Of a stretch of DNA of 64,000 nt, positions 1-14,000 are shown piece after piece; positions within the stretch are counted from its first letter, which is position 1; the number at the start of each line of letters is the position of its first letter. Origin of the DNA: Bugula neritina. Lineage: Eukaryota; Animalia; Bryozoa. Location: NCBI GenBank assembly GCA_964035545.1, contig OZ037773.1, positions 8,213,751 to 8,277,750 of the forward strand. Direction: 5' to 3'. The notes beneath the pieces were generated by a model. The model searched no databases. It was not told where the DNA came from and saw only the letters and a list, made by a program, of their open reading frames with translations. A program made the translations under genes and the position numbers.

Positions 1-2688
1 TTTTTGCAGCCCGTGACGTAGTGCAAGCTCATCATGCCATAGCGGTTTACCTCTCTTTAACCTCTTCACTTGTACTCTATACACAATATATCAACACGCA
101 AATGTCTAACATATATTTGCATGTTGGTTTATGTGTATTGCATCCACTGTTAGCTCATTAGGTGGCATCTAAGTTCTATATACAATCGCTATACCGTGAG
201 GCTGTTCACTAGCCATTTCCTAGCCTTTTGTATTGACTAATGTAGTTGCCTAATTCTTTTAGTTTTATCCCCATTATTAGGACTAGAAAATCAAACAAAA
301 TCTCAGTTCAATTATTTCGAACAATTAGACTTTGAAGGAAGTACAATGGCTGTGTAATAAGGGAGAGCATAGTAGTGTATCAAATGGAATAGCTGTTGTA
401 GAGTAGGATTTATACAACTGTTAACACATGTAGATATCAAACACTGCACTGTGGGATATGCATACAGGCTAACAAATGCTGATAGTAGTAAAGTTGAGTC
501 TATCTAGAATGATAAACTTGGTTCATTTAGTCAGCTTGTGTTGAACTCTACTAAACCTTGACCGTCTCCCTACTCTGCCCCTTTTTCTCTTTGAGAAAGC
601 CTTCTGATTATTTAGCAGTAATTTAATCAGATCAGCTGCCCCTAGCAGCGGTTTCCTGCAGCATTAAACTTTCCTCCAAGTAACCTTCTAGTCAAGGTCA
701 TGTAAAGGTGGCAGCAGAGTATTATTTTAGGCTGGTGTACTTTCTGAGTCAATCAAGGTTATTGGGTTATAATGAAGTGTCATCAAATTAATTGTCATCT
801 GCCAGCTCATCAATGTCATCTACGTAGCCTCAGCTTTATGATGAGTGAACATGGAAATAAGGCAAACAACCCACCACCCCACTAACGTCATCAGTATAGC
901 CCTAGTTTTGTGAGCAGTTAAATACAGATAGAAGGATAATTTCTGCATCTATTTTGGTTCTCTACATGCAGATGTTTTGTGATGTAAGGATTTGAACTTT
1001 GGCTTGGAAGATCCAATTCTTTGGCAGAGTAGGCCAATACTACTTTGTATCACCCAAAAAATGGTGGGATAGTTTCTATGCTAAATCTTACCTGCAACAG
1101 GGTAAGCTAATGCTGTTAAGGGACAACGAACTGATTATTTGAGTGATAAGATGAGTCACATTCTAACTCTCTCTTAGAATGTTCTGGCACCTGATTAATT
1201 TTTCAGTCCGAAGTTTCCTCTTATTCTAAAAAAAATTCGGTTGTAGTTTTAATGCCTATTAGATTTTATAGGAATTAAACTAAGCAATACATAGGTATAG
1301 ACTATAGTTCATCACAGTTCAAAAGTCAAACTCCTTTTTCCCTAAATAATTGAATGCATTGAAATTAACTGGCTCAAAGCAGGTATTTCAGTAAATCCCA
1401 AACACACCAAGTAAAAGCAATCAAACTTTTCCAAGTTCCGATCAGGTGATTGTCTATACCTGGACCTAATGGTGGGACAACTCCTTGTCATCAGTTAATT
1501 GCTGCTATGCTATAGAATATACAAGCATGGGTTTTTGCTTTCTTTGCATAATAAATATCAATTTAATCAAATTAAACTCGCTACAACCTCAACACTAGTG
1601 TTTTTAGAGAAATTATAATTTGCCCTGTTTTACAACAAAACTTCTCACTTTAACTGATTAGCATTCGAGTCAATTTTATACTCAATTCATCTAACTCTTA
1701 TACGAGGGCTGCTTTGCACTACAATCTGCATACTATCAATATAATTATTATACTCCATAATATACAGCATAGAGTACTACTATAACTCTATGCTGTATGT
1801 TAGCTAGTTCCTAGGAGCGTAATTACCTTGTAACCATGGTTACATTGGTTTTATTTCACTAGAATGTGTTTTAGCCCTAGTAGTGAGTAGAAACAGGTAA
1901 AAATGTATTAAAAACTATTTCAAAAGTTGTTGTTTTAAGCACAGTGATGGCCAAGTTGTGAACATTATTTGCTGAGTGAAATGTTATTTCTTTTCAATTC
2001 ACTGAGAACACAGAAACTCAGACATGAGTTTGAACTATAAATAACCTGAACTGCTTTACAGTGAGATACATTTAATGATGTTATAAATTAGTGAACAACT
2101 ACTTCCTTCCCAACATCCTTTGACCTTGACAGCAACATGTGACCTTGAAAATCCATATCGGGTAAATCAAAGTGCTGTGATCCATTTTCTGTGTCAAATA
2201 AAACAACATGAGACAGCACCTTCCGTCACTGTTGAAAAAACATTGATGTCATTTACCTGCATAGTCTGAGTGTGCCGGGTCCTATTAGGAGTTGTCTTTA
2301 CTATAATAGATAATCTTTTTGCAAGATGTTTCCAATAAACTGAAGCCCTCACAGGGGGAGTAGTTATAGTAATATATCATACACTGTGACATAAAGGGAC
2401 ACCACAGGTCAATATTATAGTAGTTGAATGGTACTTATACCTACAGATGTCCAGGTCTATAGGGTAATCCAATCAAAAGCTAACTGTTGGTTGGTGCGCC
2501 ACTGGCTACATATAGTGCATGCCTTCTAGTTGCCAGCCTAAGTAAAGGTCAACTGCTCAACCTAACACATCATTAGCACAACAATCAAGACTGCTTATTC
2601 ATAATTTACATGTTTATTATATTATCTTGTAGGCTACACAGCATTGCTGCCTTTGCTGCCGCAAATCCTACTACTACCTCTACACACA

Positions 2689-5019
2689 ATGAAATCTGTA
2701 CTAGGAAATTTAACTTTAGCCGCCGTGGCAGTGACTGTGTTCGCGCAAGTTGCGTTAGCAGAAGACAATGTAACGACAACTACGCCATCAAAAAGTGGAG
2801 TCAAAGTACCGGAATGTAAGAAAGGCATACTAATACCGCTATGGGAGCCAGTAGACAATATTTCAAAGGGAGACAAGGCTGCCAGAGCCATTGTATATTT
2901 TATAGCTCTCGGCTACCTCTTCCTAGGTGTGTCTATAATAGCTGACAGGTTTATGGCTAGTATAGAGGTCATTACTTCTAAGGAGAGAGAGATCATAGTG
3001 AAGAGACCAAACGGGGAAGTGATGAAAGTATCGGTGAAAGTGTGGAACGAGACGGTGTCCAACCTCACCCTAATGGCTCTGGGATCGTCTGCTCCTGAGA
3101 TTATGCTGTCCATCATAGAAGTGGTTGGTGAGTCATCCAGCACTTCCACTTTCTCTCTTTGTAACTTTACTTCCTGGTCAGTAACTGTGAGAGCCTAGTG
3201 CAGAGTTTCTGAAAGTTGCAGGTTCTAACAGAACTTTGTATATAAGAATTGACTGACTAGCAAATAAAGCAATGACTCTCTAAACCCAAAAGCTAAACTA
3301 AAACTTATACACTAATGTTATACAGGAATGCACTTCTCTGCACTTGTTAGACAGAATTCTATACAGATAAACTGCTTAATTGATACTTTCGACTAAATAA
3401 CTGTAAACTATCGGCGCAAAGACACAAGTTCTTGTTGCTTAGTGACCGATCACGCTGTAGATAACATCGAATACACAATTTCCTAAAGTTTCATGCTGTA
3501 ACCTCAACCTCTTAAACCTTCCAATGTCATATTTATAGCTTCATATTTTACTACTAAGAAAAGCAAGGATTGTATTTATATGACTTAATCTGTGTGACTT
3601 GATCTGTGTGACTTGATCTGTGACTTAATCTGTGTGACTCAATTTGTGACCTAGTATGTGACTCGGCTGATGGAAGCAGTTTTTATCTTCTACTAGTCAG
3701 GTTTGTCACTGCATATCTCTACTAAAAACTTCTCTGCCTCCATAAGACTAGTAAAGAATGTTAGCTCATTCCTCTACCTCTCATAAAATAGGCCCTTACC
3801 AACACTGTCAGTACAACCAATTGAGTTCTATCCTATAGTAGTAAATTAGTTACCTGCGTGCACTGTAACTACAAGTGTCAGCGCTGTAAATAAGTGACAT
3901 CTAGCTGCATGTGCTTCCATTTTCTCATGACATGACTAGAAGGATATAACCGTACCAAGAAAGGTTAACAGATATATAAATATAGGTAGAAAAGTAAAGC
4001 AAGACGCTTAGAACGTCCAAATGCATGGCCAACTTAGTTGCTGTTCCACGTGAGATGTTATTTGCATATCGTATAATGTAAGTTGAGCATGGCCGTTACT
4101 ACTACCAGAGGAACTACTACCAGAGGACAATGAGCTTCTATTCAGCCTTAGGCCAGGCAATCAATTGTAGCATCAGAAGTTGTTTGCTCCTTAGAACAGA
4201 GTCATTTTGTCACATTCTAACTTGAAACATAGAGTAGAAATTTTGGATGCATCACCTTTTCATTCAACTATTTTTCCCTCAACTTTAGCAATGAACTAAG
4301 TGTAAATAACCATTAAAATAGTTCCATCCCTCTAATCTGGCATGTTGGCTATTACAAAAACCAAACATTACTCTTGGAAAATTGCAGCTTAAGTTAGATA
4401 TGGATTCCAGGGTAATTAAATTGTAATTTATGTGCAGGATTCAGCTGCTAGCCATGTCTCTAGTAAAAGGAGGTGCAGTAATGGAGAAATTGAGAAAAGT
4501 CTGTGTTTTAGATTAGAAATGTAGCAAAAGAAGTTATGTTCCCGCAACAATTTCAACCCGCCACGCCCCAAACGAAAATTTTAAAACAAAATTTAAGAAC
4601 TTATGCTATCTCAATTTCTCTGCTACTGCTCCTATATGATAAAATAAGCATCAGCTTTCATTAGCAATCAGAAGAACTGCCTGAAACTCGTGTTGATATT
4701 AATTTGCTGTGTTTTTGTTGTGCAGGTAGAAACTTCAAGGCCGGAGATCTGGGACCGGGTACCATTGTTGGCTCAGCAGCATTTAATCTCTTTGTTATCA
4801 TCGCAATCTGTATATACGTAATCCCAAGCAACGAGGTGCGTCAAGTCAAACATCTCCGGGTATTCTTCGTGACTGCATCATGGAGTGTCCTGGCCTATGT
4901 CTGGCTCTACCTCATCATTGCACACATATCTCCTGGGGAAGTTGAGGTAGCTAAGCCACCCTTGTTTCTGAGATTGAAACGTTTGGTTCTCAAGCTGATT
5001 ATTTTGTCAGTTGATTGAT

Positions 5020-5054
<35 letters not shown>

Positions 5055-8000
5055 CTTATTTATTTATTTGTTTATTTATTTATTGGATGTCATAGAAATT
5101 CAAAGTGTTGCAAAATTCAGTGTAAGTTGTGTTTGAAGTTTTCAAATGATGGCAAATTTTGACATGAAACCATCCAGCATTCATTCTGTGCTGTCGAAGA
5201 GAAACAAGCTTCAGACTGTATTAATTCTTACATATAGCAGACCTCTTGCAGCCTCCTAAAATGTTTATCAGTTAGGAAAGAGTGGGAAAGACTGTGTCTT
5301 CCAATGGTTAATAATCTGTTCTACCTGTGAGACATACTAAATACACTGCGATCTAAGATTGGAATATTAACTTTACATAATTCATTTATATATATGTTTA
5401 TCTTTGGCAGCTCTTCTTTAAAATGAATATTGGTGGTTAGAAAACAAAAAAAGACGCAGCCTTGCTTGCTTGGGCTTTTGATTGCTTTTTAGTGAGTCAA
5501 TTTTAATTAGTTTTGGAAACTCATTTTGGAAAATTAAAGGAGTAAACACACAACTTGAAATAGAGAATACTTGAGTATATTATGTTGTTAGCAATGTCAC
5601 TAACTAGCATCATCTACTGCGTGACCATCACTAAAACAATATAATATTTTATATATATATTTATTTCATCATAAATCAAACTACTTTTTAAATATCAACA
5701 AACAGCATAACATATCGATATATTTATAATTATCATTGTTTTCTGTTTTTACTTCTGTGATTGCTCGCACTTTCACCTGGCTTTTATTTTTTTGACCAAG
5801 AAAAACAGATATAAAAAAATAAAATAGATCAAAAATTTGGCAACTAGTGTTCCACCATATTATCATACTTGCGACAGGTGAATGGTAAAAATACACATTA
5901 GTTAACCTTGTCAACTGCAGTTTACATTGTGTAATTGTGCTCTGGTTGATAGAAAATGTATTATTAGTTTAGAGTATGGCTTGTAAAGAGTATGAGTGAA
6001 ATGGATTCATCATCAAACGCACAGTTGTTCAATTAACTTTCAATGTTTTTTAAAACTAACTTGCTTTAAAGAAATTTTAACAAGTTTTAGCAAAATTAAT
6101 GTTTGTCTAAACAAACTATCTTGACCTTGTTACAGAGATCATCTACAGAATACTTATTTAGCTACAAATAACCTTGACATTGTATCTTGGCTATATACTA
6201 CTTGTTGTACAGATCTGGGAAGGAGTGCTAACCTTCATCATGTTCCCGGCCACGGTGATAACTGCGTGGATAGCGGACAGGAAGCTCTTCCCAAAGTTCA
6301 TAGCTAAAAAGTATCACACCAGCCGACACAAGGGAGTGATTGTTCAGTCGGAGGGCATGACTGACATTGAGATGGAGGCTGATAGAGAGGTCAGTTATGA
6401 AAGTCGCGCAAACACTCGCTTTTATTTTCGTGCTCATATCATAAAAAGTATTTTGAATGATAACCAGCCAGTACCTAACTGGTAAAATGAATTTTCTCGG
6501 CTCATGAAACTAAAACTAGAAAGCATATTACGTTTAATTTTTTTGTAAACTGCAATTTGATATCCGAAACATCATGCATTTAAAGGAAACAACTCCAAAT
6601 AAACTGATAGTATATGAAAAAATTACAGTTCCAACGTTTTAAGGTATAAAAAGTGACAATTTGACATAATGCGAATCAAAAGATATAAACAAGATGACGT
6701 AATGCCACTAGTAACGTGATGAGCAGCAGCAAATAAACCTGTTAGTAGTAAGAATTCTTTTATTCCAAATAAGCAAATTTCCTGTTAGTAGAGAATTAGC
6801 TGCAGTGCAACTCTTCTATTACCTCAATTATTCAGCAACAAAGTGTTGAGTCTATCATTTTCATTGTGAATTAATGGCCAATATTATTCATCAATAAAAT
6901 CAGTTAACTAGTGGTTATTGTAGAACATTACTTCTGCTAATTGAGATATTACATCATCGCCTCGCCCTATCCCTATGATGTTAGCAAGTTTGATATTGCG
7001 TTGGTACTTTATATACTATATGGTTATTCATTGCTCGGATCAGAATAGATAGTGGGTGTTCACTTTATCACTGGACAGCCATGTTGCCATTTTCTCATTT
7101 AGTCCTTCATACGTCTGCGATATCCACTGCACATCTCAAAGCTTTTATTTTTGTCAAACTGACAATAAATTTGTCGAGCAAAACCTGAACAATTTTCTGT
7201 TTTTTCGTGGGTAGACAACTTCTTATTCTATATTTATTCTTTAAAGCCCAGACCTCATATACCTTAAAATTCTAGTAGAAAGAACCACGTACATGTTGTG
7301 TATACTAACTCTTTAATCCATGTTCACATTGCACCAACTACTGTTTGCAATTTCATCACGTTAATAATTTGTTTATAATGTTTCAGATGGCTAATGAAGA
7401 TACAGATGTGTTACTGTTTGAGCAACACAGAAAGGAATACATTGAAATTATTAGAGAATTACGAAAGAAGCATCCTAATATGGACATGAAGAGTTTGGAG
7501 GAAATGGCAGAGTACGAGGTTGGAATCAGATACTCAATAATTCAATCAATGTCACTCATTTAGTCTGTCAATCACTCAGCCAGTCACTGTAACTAGTTTA
7601 GACAGCTAGTTACTTAGGTAATCAGTAACTGTCAATCAGTCAGTCATTTAGTTATCTAATCAACCAAGCCAACTCTCAGCTAATTTTTTCATCTTGTATT
7701 GCTAAATTACACACTGTATATCATTCTGTTTGATTGAACACATAAAGTAGTTCTGTTATACTATCTAAATAGCATATAATTCAACTCAAATTTTTAAACT
7801 TACGACACCAGGTTATGAATCGAGGACCTAAGTCTAGAGCCTTCTACAGAATTCAAGCTACTCGAAAGCTTACAGGGGGAGGTAACGTAATAAAGAAAAA
7901 GTTGGACAGAGAGCATAAGAAGAACCAAGGTAAGACAGTTTAATGCAGTGTGTATCTCTACTACTTCTACACTCTATTTTTGTTTTAGAGGAAGATATTT

Positions 8001-11000
8001 GTCATCAACTTAGACAATTGTGAATCTCATGCCATCTAATGGCTAATAAATTAAAAATTCACAAATCCTGTCACACAACTGCAAGTTTTCCACTGTATTA
8101 AGAGCAACTTGCTAGTTTGAAATGCTTCAAATTAATAATAGATAAACACAAATAATCATTATTATCAATGCCATTATCACTAATTCAAACTTTTATATAT
8201 GACTGTTGCCTTTAATATATGCTGTTGTTTATCAATTATTTGTGATGCATTAGAAATTGTCTTCACTTTTGCTTCTATGAATTTTACAGAGCTGATTCCA
8301 GGTAAAGTTAGTTTTTATATTGTAATCTTGTCGTAGAGATTTTTTAAATTTCTGATTAGTGCATCGATTTCTTGATCATGAATTTCTCATCTGTTTGATT
8401 TGTTCTGTTGTTAGTGAATGTTGGGAGTTGTTCACTTTCGGAACCAGTTAGAAAATATTTGAAAAATAAATTGATCTCAAATTAAGTACTACCTCATAAA
8501 CATGTTTAAATGTTTTTCATGCAAATATATTCAAACTGTATAAAAGTATAGGGAAATTAAGCAGAAGAAGAGGTTAGCATCTATACAACTATTATAGTAT
8601 GTTTCATGGCTCAAAACTTCTCATGCAACAAATTATTTACAAAATTTTGAAAACTGCCACTAACAGTTTAAAATTAATAGATTATTATTTTACTTGATGA
8701 ATTTTTATAATCATGAATAGCTGATTGAGTAAAGTTTTTACTTGTTTGCAGCTATATAAAATTTCTTATTTTCTAATTGCTGGTATTGGCTGGTTGTTAG
8801 TTACTAGTTACTAGTTGCTAGTTGCTAGTTGCTGATTGCTAGTTACTAGTTGCTAGTTGCTGATTGCTAGTTACTAGTTATTAGTTGCTGATTACTAGTT
8901 ACTAGTTGCTGATTGCTAGTTACTAGTTGCCAGTTGCTTGCTACTAGTTACTATGTAACTACTGATAGCTTTTTGCTAGTTACTGCCAAGTAAGAACTTC
9001 TTATGGATCTCCTATGATTAAAGTTTCTGCTCTAAGTCAATCCTATCCATTATGAATGCTGTATATTTCTGTTGTGATTTTATCTTTCAGTATAATAGTA
9101 GTATGTAGAAAATACTGAAAAGTAATTTCAAGTTTGATTCACACCTCAATCTGTATGACATTTCATCATGGATGTTCCAAATGGAAAGACACCATATTAT
9201 TTCTGGCAGTTTTTGGACTGTTGTCTGCATACATATTCAGTAACACATGTTTGTTGTTAACTAATAGTACCTTCTGCTGTTTAGGCTCAGTGTATGACCG
9301 TGAGTATCTATTCAATGCCTAATCAGCTTGCGTTTGGTGATAAAATATTCCTTCATGCACATCTTGTACTACGAGAAGGCAACTCCTGTTTTATATTTCA
9401 CAATACTTGTCAATTATATTTAATGTTCTAAAGGTTATCCACGCCTTATTTGAATGGCTTAAATTCTCAAGACCTAAAATCTTTGTCCAAGTAGACCTTC
9501 AATGAAGATTTCAACATTTTAATAAAATTTTATGTGCTAAAATTTGGTATTTCAGTGTTCTAAAAATTCTTGCTTTTAAAAACAAAACAACTTGCTAAAA
9601 ATAAAAGCAGACAAAGGTTGAAAGCTTTAGTGAATAAGTTAAAGCTAGGATTGCAGCATAAGTTAGATATGCGAACAAAGTTGCTGTAAAAACTGACATG
9701 CAATTTTATAACTTTCTTTGGCATATTGGCAAAACAAGTGGAGATGTTTTGAAGGAATATTATTTTACTAAGATAAGCAGCGAGAGTGCAAGAAGTGTGG
9801 TAGGAAGAGTATACAACTACTAACTTTGAGTAACTCATAGCTATCAAAGTGATAATATTGAGTGAGTGTTTATAGCTATCAAAATGATAATATTGAGTGA
9901 GTGTTTATAGCTATTGAAATGATAATATTGAGTGAGTGTTTATAGCTATCAAAATGATAACAGTGCAGTGCAGCTTTAGCCAGTGCAGCTTATAGTGCTT
10001 GTTTGGTAGTCTTTTCTTTAGCACTTGGTTTCTACTAGATCATTGAATATAGTCAGGTCTGCACTTTCAACTCTTGCATCACATGTGCACGATTATGTTG
10101 TGTAGAGAATTTAGGAAGATGGTGGATGGTTGGCTAATATCATTTTAGATAGAAGATAGTAGTTTATAGCATTCGATGGCTTTCATGAAATTTTGTTCGA
10201 ATTTCAGCTAGCAATAGTATTTAAAATTAAAATTTAAATACTTCAATTGAGGTTGCTGACTGACCTTGAACTTTAGAAAGTATTTATGGCATCAGGTCGA
10301 CTGCATGTAAAATCACATTTTGGCTGCATTTTGATTGGACAGTTTCATTGCTTATTGGTTTCTTTCCAACAGCCTATAATTATATTGATATCTAGTTTTT
10401 ATTGTATTAATTGGAGCAAAATGTTTTTTTGTACAATAAAGACATCTAGTTTTAGCTGAAGTGGATGAAGAGGGAGTGTTGATGATGTCACTTCCTTTCA
10501 TGTTTCGCATGATAATCTATGATTCCGTTACTTAATGTGTTGCTCAAACACTTAAAAGAAGGGAAATAATAATATTATTTCCCTTGGTATTTTAAGTAAT
10601 GTGTGTATATTATACACACATTACTTAAAATATCAAACTGCTTTAGATTACCCACATTTTCAAGACAACTTGTTGGAAGTTGTTACATAAAACTTTTGAG
10701 AAATTAGGCTATAAGTAGTCAAGTTACTATAGTCTTTCCATCTTTGATTCCAGATCTCCAATCTCTGTAAGGTTTAACAGCCCCAAAGTTACAACACATT
10801 GTGTAACCACTCTACATTATGACTATATAGCTTATTTAGGGTGTAAACCTGTTGAATAGAATGGATTACAAAATGTAAAACAGTATATAAAGGAAACCAG
10901 CATAGAGTCTAACAAAATATCAACTTTTAGACTTGAAATACGAAAGCTGTGTGGCAAGGCGTGAGTGTTACCAGACAATACCAGACATTGTCTGCTGTTT

Positions 11001-14000
11001 CTACATGCCTTCGATGACTAAGATATGCACTAAGGCTAAGTGTGTTCTATTTAGTGGTGGCCACTACAGAAGACCCGCAGCTAACGGAAGTGTTTTTCGA
11101 GCCCGCTCACTACACGGTGATGGAGAACGTAGGATCCATGGAGGTGAGGGTGAAGAGGGCAGGAAGTAACCTCAACTCTACGCTCTGCGTCGACTACTCG
11201 ACTGCAGACGGATCGGCTAACGCTGGCTCAGACTACGAGGCCACGCGAGGTACAACCACTGTGTATACTATGTAGTAGTACTGTGTGTACTATGTGGTAG
11301 TACTGTGTATACTATGTAGTAGTACTGTGTATACTATGTAGTAGTACTGTGTATACTATGTAGTAGCACTGTGTATACTGTGTAGTAGTACTGTGTATAC
11401 TATGTAGTAGTACTGTGTATACTATGTAGTAGTGCTGTGATATGTAATGTATACTATACAGGTACACTCACGTAATGTATACTATACAGGTACACTCACG
11501 TTCGGACCTGGCGAAGTGTACAAGACCTTCAGTGTTGCCATCATAGACGACGACATCTTTGAAGAAGATGAACACTTCCTTTGTACTCTATCAAACCTCA
11601 GACTTGCAGAGGTCAATGGTGAGTTTAGAGGTCACTTATGCATCAAATACCGATCTGCCACATTACTCTCAGAATACAACGAATGACTATATAGTGTATT
11701 TAGGTTTAGATCAATTTATTAGACATGAGATTTCTTTAGATCAATTATAGAACAATCTATAGAATATGGTTATATGGAACTTTCCTTTAGAGCAGTTATA
11801 GATTTCTCTATGAAATGTGAAGACACATTGTATATTTCCCTATAGACTACAACTGTATTAGCCTTGTTTTCTGTTATGATTTACAGGGACGATGAATAAC
11901 TCTGACAACTTAAACCTAAAGAACTTTCAACTAGGAACTCCTTCTACGGCTACTGTAATGATTCTAGATGACGATCATGCTGGAATATTCCATTTTGAAG
12001 GTGTCTCTATATGTTGTATATTATATATAACATTAGATGTATTATATAACATTAGATGTATTATATAAAATAATATACAATATAATGTATATTATCTAAT
12101 ATAATATATACAACATAACATAATATTTATTGTATAACATAATATATATTATCCATAGCAGATTCTTACCGTAGAAATATTTCTATGGGCCACGGTCTAA
12201 ATTATACATAATAAAGTATATACATATATAGACTGTGTTCTAGAATATGACTAACTCTGTGTAAACTGTGTTTCAGATTCTGATCATGAAACAGTGGAGT
12301 CGATTGGCCAGCTGCATATCAAAGTACAGAGAAGCTCTGGTGCCAGAGGTCATGTGGCGATTCCCTTCAAGACCATTGACGGCACGGCCAAGGCTGGTAC
12401 ACATTTCAGCGCTACCAGCGGGGAAATAATCTTTGCAAATGATGAGCATGAGTAAGTCACAATCATGAGTAATTCACTAATCATGAGTAAGTCACTGATC
12501 ATGAGTAAGTCACTATTCAACATCAAGTCACTACTTATGATTAAGTTCTCAATAATGAGTATAAGTTACTGATCATGAGTAAGTTTCTAATCATGACTAG
12601 TGACATATGAGTAAAGCCACTATTCACGAAAAAGTTATTAAAATTATGAGTTTTGTTTGATAGCATAATTGCTATTCAAGCTTTCTGAGAACAAGCAAAA
12701 AAAGCCTTCAGCTAAATAGCCAATATTTTACAGTAGATACTGTTTTCACTCTCTCTGTACTGAAAATCAAAATATATTCGTCACAATCTTACAATGAGTA
12801 ACTTACTACTCATAAGTAGGTCCCTGATCATGAGTAAGTTACTACTCATAAGTAGGTCCCTGATCATGAGTAAGTTACTACTCATAAGTAGGTCCCTGAT
12901 CATGAGTAAGTTACTATTCATGACTGTGTATATAGACAGATCTTGCTTGCAAAGTAAGTGTGTTTTATGGATTGTATTATTATACATATTGTCTTATTTT
13001 CTTTTCTAGTAAATACATAACTGTAAATATCTTTGATGACGAAGAATATGAAAAGAATATAATATTCTACATTGAGCTCGGGGAACCTGTACTTGTAAGG
13101 ACTGCGGCAGGTAATATATTTATCATCATTATATATTATGTATATATTACATTTTAGTATATATTATCTACTACGCATATATGAGTTATATTATGCTCTA
13201 TGTTATATTATAATATACATAATATATATTGTGTTGATATAATATTCTTTATATTTTGCAATATATAGTCATCTTGTGTGCTCATAAGCGCAACTTAGTT
13301 TTTTAAATCTCATTCCGAATTAATATATATGTGATTAACTGTTTTTAAAAAAGTTTGTAACTTCAATATAAAAATTTATTCCTGGCTCGATTTCTCATGC
13401 CATTAACTCCGCATTTCCACTAAAATGCAGCTTAGAGTATGGTACTACCACCTTCAATGCGGCTTCTTATAACCTGAAGATTCCTCTGGCCTCCTAACCC
13501 AAATATTGTCTGCATAAACCTTGTCCATCTGCAGCTGTATATATGCTAAACTCTTAGCATTTGAAATATTGTACCTGCTACTACATATGCTATTTTTTAC
13601 AGCCATCCCTTCAATACTAATAAATATTATCCAACCTGTAATACAGCTTTATCAGACAAGTCTCCACAAATTGCTTGCAGTATCAATAGCAAAAGTTGGT
13701 TGTGATTGGGTGGCAAAATAACAACTCCTCTTGTTAGGAGTAGTAGGTTTGCCTACTAAGTACTTTGATGAACATAATGTCCAACATTATGTAGCAATGT
13801 TATTTTAGAGTTGGGACAAAATTTGAAGAGTTTTTTAAATTTTTCTCACTGTATAGTTTTTACGCTTCTTCTGCCACACTAAAGCTAATTAGTTATAGAT
13901 TATATAATAACATAGTATGTTATAGTATAATATATGCGATTAATTTGACTACACAAAGCCATTGATTTAGCGGCACTAGTGTAGACATCCTGTATTTGCA

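Noticed and set aside
10754-10771. Possible fourth NCX micro-exon (cag|ATCTCCAATCTCT|gtaag)
   Set aside because: The 13-nt form shifts the frame and the 18-nt form contains an in-frame TAA.
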